NCBI GenBank assembly: GCA_965262725.1
Contig: OZ253555.1
Location: forward strand, 1,632,001 to 1,696,000
Direction: 5' to 3'
Source of the DNA: Dehalococcoidia bacterium
GTDB taxonomy: Bacteria; Chloroflexota; Dehalococcoidia; UBA2979
DNA length: 64,000 nt
A model generated the notes under the pieces. That model was given only the letters and a program-made list of their open reading frames with translations. It ran no database searches and was not told the DNA's origin. Positions 27,064 through 36,787 of the stretch are shown piece by piece. Position 1 is the first letter of the stretch, and each line of letters opens with the position of its first letter. Made by a program: the position numbers and the translations under genes.

Positions 27064-30000
27064 ACGACCGCTCCCGGCTCCCGGGCCAGGAGCTCGGCGA
27101 GCAGCTCCCTCGTCTCCTCGGCGGGCGCGGCCCGCGGGTCGTCCAGCTCCTGCTGCAGCGCCTCGGTCAGCGCCTTGAAGACCTTGCGGACCCCGTTGGT
27201 GTCCCGGAACGCTGCGAGATGGCGCATCCGTCCACGCGCGGCCACCTCGTCGGTCGGATCCTGCTCCAGGACCACCCCGTAGAGGAGCGCCGCCCGCTCC
27301 CGCTCCCCGAGGCGTTCGGCGATCGCCGCGCCGCGGCTCGCCCCGTCGGCCGCTCGCCGGCGGTAATCGGCGCGGTAGGCATCGAGCCACGGGAACGGCT
27401 CTCCCGCGAGGAAGTCTCCCCGGCAGAGCGCCGCGGCGCGCTCGTACTCGGCAAGCGCGTCCACGTCGGGGAGCACGGCCGCGCGCCTGAGCGCGAACTC
27501 GAACTCGTCGAGGTCGATGCGGAAGAGGGCGGTCTGGAGCTCGTATCGCTGGCGGGCTGTCACGACCGGCTGTAGCTCGTCGCTGCCCGCCGCGGACCGC
27601 ACGACTCCCCGCAGGCTGCTCACGGCATTCGCGATGGTGTGCCGGAGGCTCGCGTCCCAGGGGGAGTCCGGCCACAGCGCCTCCGCGACCGACTCGCGCG
27701 GCACGGGCCTTCCGCCCTGCGTGGCGAGGAACGCCAGCAGTTCGCGGGACTTCGCTATGGGCCAGCCCGCGACGGGGGTGGTTCCGACCCGCAGCTCGAA
27801 GGGGCCGAGGCAATTCACCGTGAAGACCGCCTGCGCGGCGGGCGGGTCATCCTCCGCCGCCGGGGCGAGGTCGGCGTGAGTGAGCAGCGCCGACTGACGG
27901 ATCGCCTGCTCGGGCCGGCTCATGCCGTCCGCCGCCGCCACGGGTTGCGGCTCCGGCAGCGTCACCGGGCTTTCGTCCCGCGGGGTTTCGCCGGAGGCAA
28001 TCGCTTCGCCGGGCGCCTCGCCGGGCTGCGGCGCGACCTCCCAGCCGGGCTGCTCCGGGGGGACGGCCGACCGCACCCGCGTGGCCTCGCACCCGGCATC
28101 CTGCTCGACCACGGGCCCCACGGGCTCGGAACGATCGGGCGCGGGCTCGCTGTCTGGTCGGACGGGCGCACAGGCCACGGTCTCTTGCCCGCCGCCGTCG
28201 TGCTCTGAGAACCCGGCGAGCGGGTCGTGGGGCATGACCGGGTGGGCGAGGGCGGCGCCCAGACCTTCGGCGCTGCCCTCGTGAGCGTCGCCGGTCCGCA
28301 GTCGTCCGTCGGGCGAGGGGCGCGCGTCCGGCTCCCCGGGAGGCGGCAGATTTCCAGTCATCCGGCCGAGCACCTCTGTCGGCGCCGCCGGGTCCGCGCT
28401 CTCGCTCCACCTGGCCGACGTATCCCGCCGCACGTGCACCGGCTCGAGCAGCAGCGGCTCGTCCCGGCCGGTCCTCAGGACGATCGCACCGGGCGGGATG
28501 CCGTCCGCGTCCCCGTCCGCTCCGTCTCCCGCGGCACCGAAGGCGACCAGCGCTCCGGAGTCCGCGAGGCCGTCCGCGGGTTGGCCCGGCGGCAGGCAGC
28601 GGATCACGAAGACCCCGGCCGCCGGCCCGTAGCGCACCGCCCCGGCGGGCACGTCGCCGCCGCCCCCGGCCAGGTCGAAGACGGCGACGAGCGGCCGGCT
28701 CACCCCGTCACCCGGGCTCCGGCTCCGGATGATCTCATCGAGCTCCTCCGCCAGGTCCGCGGCGCCGCCGGCCCCGGCTGCGCCGAAGTAGAGGAGACCC
28801 GCATCCGCATCGAGCAGCCGGGCGGCGTCTGCGTCCACGCGGAATGAGAGCTCGTTCGGGGTGCGGGTCGTCTGGAGCGTCGCGACCCACGAGCGCAGCA
28901 GCGCCCGCCGCTCCCCGGCGGTGCCGGTCACGGTCACGCTGCCCGCGGCCGCGAGGTTGAGGTAGACGATGCCCGCATCGGTCGCGCCGACCGGCACGAC
29001 GAGCGCGGGCGAGGCGTACGGCGCCTCGCCGAGCGCGTCTGGAGGCCGCCCGGACGCACCCAGCGTCAGTGCGACGCGCGTGGGGCCGTCCGCCGCGGCC
29101 TCGACATCGCAGCCGAGGCGGCGCTCGAGGTCGTGGCGCGCCGCGAGCAGGGCGCCGGCATCGCCGGGCGGGCACGCCACCGTGAACTCGAGCCCCGAGC
29201 CCCCTTCGAGCACGAGTAGCGGCATCGAGCCGGCGAAGCCCAGGTCGGCGAGCGCCGTCCCGAGCGCCGCGGTGGCGAGCGCGACGCGGCCGGCGTCGCC
29301 CGGACCGTCCCCGCCGCGGCCCGCGCGGGGGCGGAGCCGCAGCGAGCCTGCGCGGTGCAGCCGCTGCACGAAGAGGGCCGTGCCGCCGATCACCACGAAG
29401 CCCGCGGCGCTCCAGGTCACCGTTCGCGGAAGATGCGGCCATTCCCAGTCCCACCCGCCGCCACCGCCGCGCGCGGCGGCGGCGTCCCCGGGGGCGCCCC
29501 CCGACATCGCGGTGCCGGCGCGGACGGCGGCGCCATCCGGGGCGTCAGCGAATCCCGGCTGCGCCGCGCTCTCCACCGGGAGGGGCGCGGGGGGTGCTGC
29601 CGGAGCCCGGGCCTCCGCCGGCAGGATCGCCGCGCCGTCCCGGAGCGGCAGCTCCAGCAGCCATCCCGGGTGGATCTGGTTCGGGTCGGTGAGCCGGGAG
29701 CCCGCTTCCACCTCGCGCCCGCTGTTGCGCTCCCAGATCTCGACCCAGCGGAAGCCGTCCCCGAGGAAACGCTCGGCGATCCCCCAGAGGTGGTCGCCGC
29801 GGCGCACGCGGTAGGTCGTGACGTCGTCGCCGGCGTCCACGCTCGGCGCGGGCATCGGCACGCGCAGCACCCAGCCGGGGCGGATGACCCGCGGGTCGCT
29901 GAAGCGTTCGCCGCCGTCCATCGGCAGGCCGCGGCTCGCCTCGAAGATCTCGACGAAGCGACTGCCGTCCCCGTAGCAGCGCCGGGCGACCTCCCACAGG

Positions 30001-30584
30001 TCGTCGCCGGGCGCGACGGTGTAGAGGACGCACCGCGGCGCCGGAGCCTCGGGCGCGGCCTCGGCGGGCACCGGAGGCGCGTCCACCCACGCCACGAGCG
30101 GCGGCGGCGCCGCCGCGGCGGCATACGCGGGGCCGGCCGCGCCCCAGGCGTGCGCGGGCAAAGGCAGCCAGCTCGCAGCGAGCAGCGTGCCCGCGACGCC
30201 CCCGTCCACGAGGCGGCGCACGGCCGGGATCGTGACCAGATTGCTGAGGCGCAGGCCTGTGCGCGCCCACCGCGCCCCGCCGCTGAGCCGGCCGGCGAAG
30301 AGCAGCGCGAGCCTCAGCCCGACGCTGAGCGCGAGGTACGCGAGCACGAGCCAGGCGACGGCGGCCGCGGCCGCCACCAGGTCCGAGTCGGCGAGCTCCG
30401 TGCCGGAGAGGACCTCGCGGATGTGCGCGCCGTCCGGCGCCCGGGGTCCGCCGCCCAGCTCCCGCAGCACGAACCCCAGCACCGCGCCCCCGAGGAGCAG
30501 GGCGAGCAGGCCGAGCGTCCCGACCGCGTCCCCGCGCCGCCGGGCGCCCGCCCCGCTCCCCTGCCGCCTCACCACGCCTGCCAC
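27060..30584 (-). CDS. Membrane protein with two LysM domains and a C-terminal BTAD domain
   Basis: YTVAPGDDLWEVA..IRPGWVLRVP and YRVRRGDHLWGIA..IHPGWLLELP; LGPFEL..ELLAFLA..LWPD..G.FL.G...PW (OmpR/BTAD). Confidence 0.85.
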   Translation of the reverse strand: MAGVVRRQGSGAGARRRGDAVGTLGLLALLLGGAVLGFVLRELGGGPRAPDGAHIREVLSGTELADSDLVAAAAAVAWLVLAYLALSVGLRLALLFAGRLSGGARWARTGLRLSNLVTIPAVRRLVDGGVAGTLLAASWLPLPAHAWGAAGPAYAAAAAPPPLVAWVDAPPVPAEAAPEAPAPRCVLYTVAPGDDLWEVARRCYGDGSRFVEIFEASRGLPMDGGERFSDPRVIRPGWVLRVPMPAPSVDAGDDVTTYRVRRGDHLWGIAERFLGDGFRWVEIWERNSGREVEAGSRLTDPNQIHPGWLLELPLRDGAAILPAEARAPAAPPAPLPVESAAQPGFADAPDGAAVRAGTAMSGGAPGDAAAARGGGGGWDWEWPHLPRTVTWSAAGFVVIGGTALFVQRLHRAGSLRLRPRAGRGGDGPGDAGRVALATAALGTALADLGFAGSMPLLVLEGGSGLEFTVACPPGDAGALLAARHDLERRLGCDVEAAADGPTRVALTLGASGRPPDALGEAPYASPALVVPVGATDAGIVYLNLAAAGSVTVTGTAGERRALLRSWVATLQTTRTPNELSFRVDADAARLLDADAGLLYFGAAGAGGAADLAEELDEIIRSRSPGDGVSRPLVAVFDLAGGGGDVPAGAVRYGPAAGVFVIRCLPPGQPADGLADSGALVAFGAAGDGADGDADGIPPGAIVLRTGRDEPLLLEPVHVRRDTSARWSESADPAAPTEVLGRMTGNLPPPGEPDARPSPDGRLRTGDAHEGSAEGLGAALAHPVMPHDPLAGFSEHDGGGQETVACAPVRPDSEPAPDRSEPVGPVVEQDAGCEATRVRSAVPPEQPGWEVAPQPGEAPGEAIASGETPRDESPVTLPEPQPVAAADGMSRPEQAIRQSALLTHADLAPAAEDDPPAAQAVFTVNCLGPFELRVGTTPVAGWPIAKSRELLAFLATQGGRPVPRESVAEALWPDSPWDASLRHTIANAVSSLRGVVRSAAGSDELQPVVTARQRYELQTALFRIDLDEFEFALRRAAVLPDVDALAEYERAAALCRGDFLAGEPFPWLDAYRADYRRRAADGASRGAAIAERLGERERAALLYGVVLEQDPTDEVAARGRMRHLAAFRDTNGVRKVFKALTEALQQELDDPRAAPAEETRELLAELLAREPGAVV

Positions 30585-30603
30585 CTCACTCCCTCCCCGT
30601 CCG

Positions 30604-31581
30604 CTAGCGGTTCGCGGTCAGCACCGACTGCAGCTGCTGCACCGGGTAGGAGCGCGTGTACGTGCGCCGGATCGGGTCGAGCGGCAGCCAGGGACCGCCG
30701 TTCTCGCTGTAGCGGGCGCTCCAGGTGATCCGCAGCCGCACGGAGAAGGCGCCGCCGGCCTCAAACGATGACCGCCCGTAGCTGTGCCGGATGTCGCTCT
30801 GCGCCGGGTACGACCGCCCGACCGAGCGCGTGTACAGCGCCGCGCCGTCGCCGAAGCTCCAGCGGTAGCCGGTCGGAGTGATCTCGACCTCCACCATGGA
30901 GCGGTCGAGAGCCGACGATCCGCTCAGCGTCCCGCCGGAGTAGCCCCGGACCCAGAACCACGCCGGCATCGCGACGAGGCCCGTGCCCGGGTTCACGCCG
31001 ACCGATACCTGCGGCAGGCCGACGATGCGGAACGCCGACGCCCGGACCAGCGCGGGGTCGACCGGGGGGATCGGCGGCTCGCCGACGACGACGTCGGGGA
31101 AGCCCTGCGCATCCGTCGGCACCCAGGCGATCCCGAAGTAGCCGTTGTCACAGGTCGCGGCCCAGGGGAAGGTGCCGGGATTGGCCGCAAGGCCGTCCAC
31201 CACCCACTGGGTGCTCGAGTCGCCGACGTTCACGGGCGCGGCCGTGCAGCTCGGTGGGTCGCCGGACCCGGGCGTACCGGGCGTGCCGGGGGTGCCGGGC
31301 GTGCCCGGGCTCCCGGGGCTGCCCGGAGTCGATGTCTCGCTCTCTATGTAGATCGTCACGCCGTCCGGTCCGGACTCCACGATGATCTCGACGGAGGTCT
31401 CCGGCCGGTTGGGCATCGGCGCGGCGCCCTGGCCGGGAACCGACGCGCCCTCCCCGTGGGCGGTGCCGGCCCCCGCCCACGCGAGACCCAGGACGACCAG
31501 GGCGAAGAGGTAAAGCAGGGCGGCCGCTCCGCGCGGGCGCACTATCGCGGGCCTTCCCGCTGGCTCTCTACGGCGATCCAT
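30604..31581 (-). CDS. Secreted tad-associated protein with PKD-like C-terminus
   Basis: Signal peptide, PGT repeats, GLVAMPAWFWV, YRWSFGDG, H.Y; typical of tad-cluster accessory proteins. Confidence 0.7.
   Translation of the reverse strand: MDRRREPAGRPAIVRPRGAAALLYLFALVVLGLAWAGAGTAHGEGASVPGQGAAPMPNRPETSVEIIVESGPDGVTIYIESETSTPGSPGSPGTPGTPGTPGTPGSGDPPSCTAAPVNVGDSSTQWVVDGLAANPGTFPWAATCDNGYFGIAWVPTDAQGFPDVVVGEPPIPPVDPALVRASAFRIVGLPQVSVGVNPGTGLVAMPAWFWVRGYSGGTLSGSSALDRSMVEVEITPTGYRWSFGDGAALYTRSVGRSYPAQSDIRHSYGRSSFEAGGAFSVRLRITWSARYSENGGPWLPLDPIRRTYTRSYPVQQLQSVLTANR
31262..31330 (-). repeat. 9-bp coding tandem repeat, (PG[S/T])n
   Basis: Encodes TPGSPGSPGTPGTPGTPGTPGSG. Confidence 0.8.
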
Positions 31582-32150
31582 CTCTCACCTGCCTTCTCCA
31601 TGAACACCGTGTCGCGCAGCACCTGGCCGCCCCCCTCCGCCCGCGGCGGCTGCTTGCTGACGGGGTCGACGTAGAAGCTCCTGTTCGTGATCCGGTCCAC
31701 GACCACCGCGGAGGCGGGGGAGGTCACGACGACGAGCGGGTCGTGCTCGACCACGACCCGAAGCGCCACGCCGCTCTCCCTGAGGGACGCGATCTCATCG
31801 CGGATTCGCCGCAGCTCCTCCCCCGACGCGAAGCCCTCCATGAGCGAGGCGTCGAGCCAGAGGGCGGCCAGGGCGTAGGCGTCCCAGTACGCGAGGTAGG
31901 AGGCCTCGACCTTCTCCTCGACGGAGGGAGCCGGCGCCGGCGCCGGCGCCGGCGTGGGCGTGGGGGTGGGCTCGGTGGTTGGTGAGGCCGCCGCCGTCGC
32001 TGCCGGCGCCGCGGCCACGGGCACCGCCCCGGTGGCCGCCCCCGCGTGCTGCTCGCCGTCGCCTCCGCCTGCGGCGAGCAGCACGGCCGCGAGCGCCGCG
32101 GCCACGACCACGGCCGAGGCGAGCACCGCGAAGCGGCCCTCCCCGGTCAC
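31542..32150 (-). CDS. Membrane-anchored secreted protein with Pro/Thr linker
   Basis: N-terminal hydrophobic helix, PTPTPTPAPAP linker, Y.AYW..Y domain; coupled within the tad operon. Confidence 0.65.
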   Translation of the reverse strand: MTGEGRFAVLASAVVVAAALAAVLLAAGGGDGEQHAGAATGAVPVAAAPAATAAASPTTEPTPTPTPAPAPAPAPSVEEKVEASYLAYWDAYALAALWLDASLMEGFASGEELRRIRDEIASLRESGVALRVVVEHDPLVVVTSPASAVVVDRITNRSFYVDPVSKQPPRAEGGGQVLRDTVFMEKAGERWIAVESQREGPR

Positions 32151-32620
32151 GCCGCCGCCGCCTCGCCCGGTGCCCCACCACCCACCGTCCGCACGACCCC
32201 GTGCCGCGGTTCGGCCGAGGCGCGGGCGCGGATGCTCACGTGGCCTAAGCCGATCACGCGCAGGAAGGCCGTCGGGGCCCGGCGCTCGACCTCGACCGCG
32301 ACCCGCGCCTCGCCGGCCGTCACCGTGTAGGCGAGCCCGTCCTCCGCCGCCAGGTAGCCGGAGGCCGCCGCGTGCGCCGCGGCCTCATCGAGTACGACCT
32401 CCGACCCGCCGGAGGCGCGGTAGCGGGTTTCGTCGAGCTGCATCGCGCCGGCCGCGGCCGCCGCGTCGGCGACGTTCTGCAGCGCGCGGCGCTGCGCCAG
32501 CAGCATCCCGCCGTCGACGACGAGCCCGGCGACGGTGACCAGAGCCACCAGCCAGAGCGCCACCAGCACCATCGCCGCCCCGCGCTCGTCTTCGTGGAGG
32601 CGCCGCCGGCTCCCGCTCAC
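32147..32620 (-). CDS. TadG-like minor pilin
   Basis: ERGAAMV leader, LVVDGG......LQNVADAAA.AGA; GTG start at 32620. Confidence 0.85.
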   Translation of the reverse strand: MSGSRRRLHEDERGAAMVLVALWLVALVTVAGLVVDGGMLLAQRRALQNVADAAAAAGAMQLDETRYRASGGSEVVLDEAAAHAAASGYLAAEDGLAYTVTAGEARVAVEVERRAPTAFLRVIGLGHVSIRARASAEPRHGVVRTVGGGAPGEAAAA

Positions 32621-33069
32621 GGTCGCACCGCCGCCCGGCTGCGGTAGAGCTCGACGCGCTCCGCGTGCGCACTCCGGACCGTCACCCCGAGCCGGCCGAG
32701 CATCGGCAGGTCGCCGAGCGCGACGCGGTAGGAGGCGATGGCGCGCACCGTGCCGCCGCGGCGGAAGGTCCCCGCCTCCAGCACGAGGTCGAGCTCCGCC
32801 GCCTGAAGCCCGTGCCCGTCCGCCACGGCCAGCGCGCGCGAGCGGGCGCTGGCGAGCCCGTCCTGAGCGGACGGCGCCCGGGCGAGCGTGCGCCCCGCCT
32901 CGCGCGCCACGGCCGCCACGCCGATCTGCGCGTGGACGATGCGCCCCGCCATCAGGACGCCGAAGGCCACCAGCAGGACCACCGGGACCACCAGCGCGGC
33001 CTCGATGAGCACGCCGCCGGATTCGCCCGCGGCCGGCCGGAGCAGCGCCCGACACGCTCTACGGACCAC
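32617..33069 (-). CDS. TadE/TadF-like pseudopilin
   Basis: SGGVLIEAALVVP, AREAGR. Confidence 0.85.
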   Translation of the reverse strand: MVRRACRALLRPAAGESGGVLIEAALVVPVVLLVAFGVLMAGRIVHAQIGVAAVAREAGRTLARAPSAQDGLASARSRALAVADGHGLQAAELDLVLEAGTFRRGGTVRAIASYRVALGDLPMLGRLGVTVRSAHAERVELYRSRAAVRP

Positions 33070-33475
33070 TGCGGAGTCCCTCCTTGCGGACCTCGGATCG
33101 CGACTCGATCGCGACGGCGAGGTCGCTCACCCACGGGATGAAGAGCCGGTACTGCCCGCTCGCCTCGGTCACCACCGTCCCGCCCTGGTCCTCCGCCCGG
33201 ACGGAGAAGGCCGCACCGGCCGCACCGAGCCCGGACGCGAGCACCTCCCGCGTGCGTTCCGCGCCCTCGAGCAGCGTGTGACCCTCGGCGGCGCCGAGCC
33301 GCGCTCCCTCCGCCGCCGCGGTGTCGGCGACGTTCCGTGCGTGCTGGATGAGCGCGAACTGCACCGCGCCCACCAGCACGACCAGGAGCGCCGGCAGCAC
33401 GAGCGCCAGCTCGAGCGTGCTCTGCCCCGACTCGCCTTCGTGCACGCGGACCGGCCTAGATCCCGTCCAGCGCAT
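33059..33475 (-). CDS. TadE-like pseudopilin (start may be GTG at about 33445)
   Basis: SGQSTLELALVLP, AAAEGAR. Confidence 0.85.
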   Translation of the reverse strand: MRWTGSRPVRVHEGESGQSTLELALVLPALLVVLVGAVQFALIQHARNVADTAAAEGARLGAAEGHTLLEGAERTREVLASGLGAAGAAFSVRAEDQGGTVVTEASGQYRLFIPWVSDLAVAIESRSEVRKEGLRSGP

Positions 33476-33644
33476 CGGCGATGTCCTCGAAGACGCCGAC
33501 CACGCTGGTGCCGATCGCCTGCGCCGCGGTCAGCGCCACGACCGCGATCACGGCGGTGACGATCGCGTACTCGACCATCGCCGCACCGCGCTCGTCCTCG
33601 TGCAGCCTCCGCACCACCCCATGGATCCTCGTCAGCATCACCAC
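33456..33644 (-). CDS. flp: Flp family type IVb pilin
   Basis: DERG|AAMVEYA Flp motif; 62 aa. Confidence 0.9.
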   Translation of the reverse strand: MVMLTRIHGVVRRLHEDERGAAMVEYAIVTAVIAVVALTAAQAIGTSVVGVFEDIADALDGI

Positions 33645-33672
33645 ACCCCCTTCCGGTCCATGACCAGCCGTC

Positions 33673-34617
33673 TCACTTGCCCAGGCCGAGCAGCTCCACC
33701 CCGGCGGGGTAGAGCAGGACGACCAGGAACACCGGGAAGATGAAAATCGTGACCGGGAACAGCATCCGGACGGCCGCCTTGCCGCCCTCCTCCAGCAGCT
33801 GCGCCCTTCTGCGGTCGCGCACGGTCTCCGCGAGCGAGAGGATCGCCGGCGCCAGCGGCAGGCCCTGCGTGTGCGAGAGCTGCCAGGCGCCGGCGAGCGA
33901 GCGCAGCTCGGCGATGCCCTCGCGGTCGGCGAGTAGCTGCAGCCCCTCGGCGCCCTCGACCGTGCCGAGCCCGGCCTCGCGCACCACCTCGCGCAGCGCC
34001 TCCCCCAGCACGCCGTCCAGCTGGCGGCCGGCCTCGACCAGCGCCTGCTCCGGGGAGAGCCCGGCCGACGCCGCGATCACGAAGAGGTCGAGCGCCACCG
34101 GCAGCTCGGCGTGGATCGCGCGGCGCCTTCTCGTGAGCCGGCCCGCGAGCTGCCAGCTCGGGGCGGCGAAGCCGATTGCGAACGCCCCCACCCAGAGCCA
34201 GACCGGCCACGCCCCGAAGGGGTGCACGCCCAGGACGTTCAGCGCGGGGAGAACCAGCGCCGACACGGCGCCGGTCGCGAGCTGCTGCCCGCGGAACTGC
34301 GGAGCGCTCATCCCCGGCCAGCCGAGCGCGAGCCGTGCGTCCAGGTCCCCCGCCTCGAGGCCGAGGCGCCTGAGCAGCCCCGAGGCCGCGCCGCCGGCGT
34401 CCTCCAGCAGCGGCCGCAGCAGCCGCTCGAGGAGCGCCCAGCGGAACATCGGCGCGCCGGGAGCGCCGGCGCGCTCCTCCTGGGCCATCCGCTCCTGCAC
34501 CGAGAGCCGCCGGAGCCGGGCCCCGAGCTCGGGGCGAGGCCGCCCCACGGGCTGCCCCATCAGCATCAGCCAGAGCCCGGCGCCGAGCGCGCAGCTGAGG
34601 GCGAGCGCGGCGCTCAC
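33673..34617 (-). CDS. tadC: Tad inner-membrane platform protein TadC
   Basis: ELP.ALDLF....SAGLS..QAL, G.PLA, K..VRMLFP; GTG start overlapping the tadB stop. Confidence 0.85.
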   Translation of the reverse strand: MSAALALSCALGAGLWLMLMGQPVGRPRPELGARLRRLSVQERMAQEERAGAPGAPMFRWALLERLLRPLLEDAGGAASGLLRRLGLEAGDLDARLALGWPGMSAPQFRGQQLATGAVSALVLPALNVLGVHPFGAWPVWLWVGAFAIGFAAPSWQLAGRLTRRRRAIHAELPVALDLFVIAASAGLSPEQALVEAGRQLDGVLGEALREVVREAGLGTVEGAEGLQLLADREGIAELRSLAGAWQLSHTQGLPLAPAILSLAETVRDRRRAQLLEEGGKAAVRMLFPVTIFIFPVFLVVLLYPAGVELLGLGK

Positions 34618-35492
34618 CTCAGCACCCGCTCCTGGCCCGGCAGCGCCGCCTGCCGGAGCATCACCGTGTAGCCGACGGTGATGCTGAGCAGGCAGCACGC
34701 GAGCACCGCCTGCCCCACGGGCTGCGAGAAGGCGGCCAGGTAGTTCGGGTTGGAGCCGCGGATGACCAGGATCAGCAGCAGCGGCAGCGCCGCGATCACC
34801 CGCGCCGACAGCACGTTCTGGGCCTGGTTCGCCCGCACCTCGCGGCGCACCTGCACGCTGCCGCGCACCGAGGCGCTGAGCCCGTCGAGCACCGCCGCGA
34901 GATTGCGGCCGCCGATCCGGTAGGCGGTGAGGAGCGCCACCGCCAGCGTGTCGAAGAGCGGCTCCGCCAGCCGCTCGCGCGCCCGCTCCAGCGCCTCCTC
35001 GAAGCCGGCCAGCCGGAGGTCGCGCTCCACCTGGCTGAAGACCGGCCGCAGCGCCTGGGGACCGGTCACGGCGAGCGCGCGCAGCGCCTCCTCGACGCCG
35101 AGCCCGATGCGCACGGCGTCGCGCAGCGTCTCGACCGCCTCGCCGACCGCCTCCTCGATCTCGCCGCGGCGCCTCTGGGCGCGCTGCCGGTAGTACCACG
35201 TCGGAAGCAGCAGCCCGGCGCCCGCGGCCGCGAGCGTCACCACCGGCCAGCCGAAGAAGAGCTGGGAGAGGAGCGCGCTCGCCGCACCCGCGGCCGCGCT
35301 CGCCGGCGCCAGCTCGCGGAGGCCCACCCCGTCCGCGCCGGGCGAGGCGAGGCGCCGCGCGATCCAGCCCGCACGCCCGGCGGGCGGCTCGTTCGGGTCC
35401 TCGTCGGGGCGCGCCTCGGCCTGCCCGCCGGCGAGCCAGCGGAATATGAGGTAGAGGCCGAGCCCGAAGGCGAGGCTCAGCACGACGTGCAC
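34614..35492 (-). CDS. tadB: Tad platform protein TadB
   Basis: T2SS-F-like: LRDAVRIGLGVEEAL, GGRNLA.VL, SARVI..LP. Confidence 0.85.
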   Translation of the reverse strand: MHVVLSLAFGLGLYLIFRWLAGGQAEARPDEDPNEPPAGRAGWIARRLASPGADGVGLRELAPASAAAGAASALLSQLFFGWPVVTLAAAGAGLLLPTWYYRQRAQRRRGEIEEAVGEAVETLRDAVRIGLGVEEALRALAVTGPQALRPVFSQVERDLRLAGFEEALERARERLAEPLFDTLAVALLTAYRIGGRNLAAVLDGLSASVRGSVQVRREVRANQAQNVLSARVIAALPLLLILVIRGSNPNYLAAFSQPVGQAVLACCLLSITVGYTVMLRQAALPGQERVLR

Positions 35493-35514
35493 GGGAGGCT
35501 CCTCCCCGGCGCCG

Positions 35515-36786
35515 TCACGGGGCGCTCGCGCCGGGTCCGGGGTAGCCGGCCTCGAGCATCCGCGCCGCCCGCCGGGGGCGGATGCCGGTCCACGCGAGCC
35601 GGCCGGCGCCGCGCGCGAAGAGCTCGCTCCCGGCGACCTGGTCGCCCTCCAGACCCGTGACCTCGTAGATGCTCGAGACGAGGCGGCGGCCCGACGGGTC
35701 CATGCGCAGGTGCACGACGAGCTGTATGGCCTCGGCGATCATCTCGGTGACGGCCTGCGCCGGGAGCGCCTCCTCCGCCATCAGCGCGTAGGTGCGGAGC
35801 TTGGTCAGCGCCTCGCGCGGGCCGTTGGCGTGGATCGTGCACATCGAGCCGTCGTGGCCCGAGTTCATGGCGGTGAGCATGTCGAGCGCCTCGGCGCCGC
35901 GGACCTCGCCCACCACGATCCGCGTCGGCCGCATGCGCAGCGCGTTCTTGACCAGCGAGCGGATCGAGACGCCGCCGGCGCCCTCGGCGTTGGGCTGACG
36001 CGCCTGCAGCGCGACGCAGTCCGGCAGCACCGGCTCGAGCTGGAGTTCCGCCGTCTCCTCGATGGTGACGACCCGCTCCGTCAGCCCCGAGACCGACGAC
36101 CCGAGCGCGTTCAGGCAGGTCGTCTTGCCCGAGCCGGTGCCCCCGGCGATCAGCATGTTCAGGCCGCAGCGCACCGCCGCCTCCAGGAACGCGGCGGCCT
36201 CGGGCGTGAGCGCCTCGAGTGAGACGAGGTCCTCGAGCGTGCGCGCCCGCAGCAGGAACTTGCGGATCGTGGCGTGCGTGCCGCCGGAGGCGAGCGGCGG
36301 CATCACGGCGTTGAGCCGCGAGCCGTCTGAGAGGCGGGCGTCGACCATCGGGGAGGTCTCGTCGAGCCGCCGCCCGAGCGGACCGAGCGCGCGGCGCAGC
36401 AGCGCCAGCAGCTGCTCGTCGTCCTCGAACACGACGTCGGTCAGCCGCTTGCTGCCGCCGGCTATGGCGAAGATGCGCTGCGGGCCGTTGACGATGATCT
36501 CCTCGACCTCGGGGTCATCCAGCAGGGGCTGCAGCGGCCCGAGGCCGAGGAGATCATCGAGGATGCGGCGCGCGAGCCGCTCCGGCTCGACGAGCGCCGG
36601 CTCGCCGAGCGTCGCCGAGCGCCGGTTGGCGGCAGCGATGCGCTCGGAGACGAGCCGCTCCACCTGCTCATGCTCCGCCGGCCCCGGCTGAAGCAGCGCC
36701 TCGGCGTCCAGCAGCGTCCGGAGCTCGTCGCGCACCTCGCTCCTGATCGCGCGCTCGCGCTCGCCCCCGACGGCCGGCGCCACCAT
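35515..36786 (-). CDS. tadA: Tad assembly ATPase TadA/CpaF
   Basis: [53 protein letters not shown]. Confidence 0.95.
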   Translation of the reverse strand: MVAPAVGGERERAIRSEVRDELRTLLDAEALLQPGPAEHEQVERLVSERIAAANRRSATLGEPALVEPERLARRILDDLLGLGPLQPLLDDPEVEEIIVNGPQRIFAIAGGSKRLTDVVFEDDEQLLALLRRALGPLGRRLDETSPMVDARLSDGSRLNAVMPPLASGGTHATIRKFLLRARTLEDLVSLEALTPEAAAFLEAAVRCGLNMLIAGGTGSGKTTCLNALGSSVSGLTERVVTIEETAELQLEPVLPDCVALQARQPNAEGAGGVSIRSLVKNALRMRPTRIVVGEVRGAEALDMLTAMNSGHDGSMCTIHANGPREALTKLRTYALMAEEALPAQAVTEMIAEAIQLVVHLRMDPSGRRLVSSIYEVTGLEGDQVAGSELFARGAGRLAWTGIRPRRAARMLEAGYPGPGASAP

Positions 36787-36787
36787 C

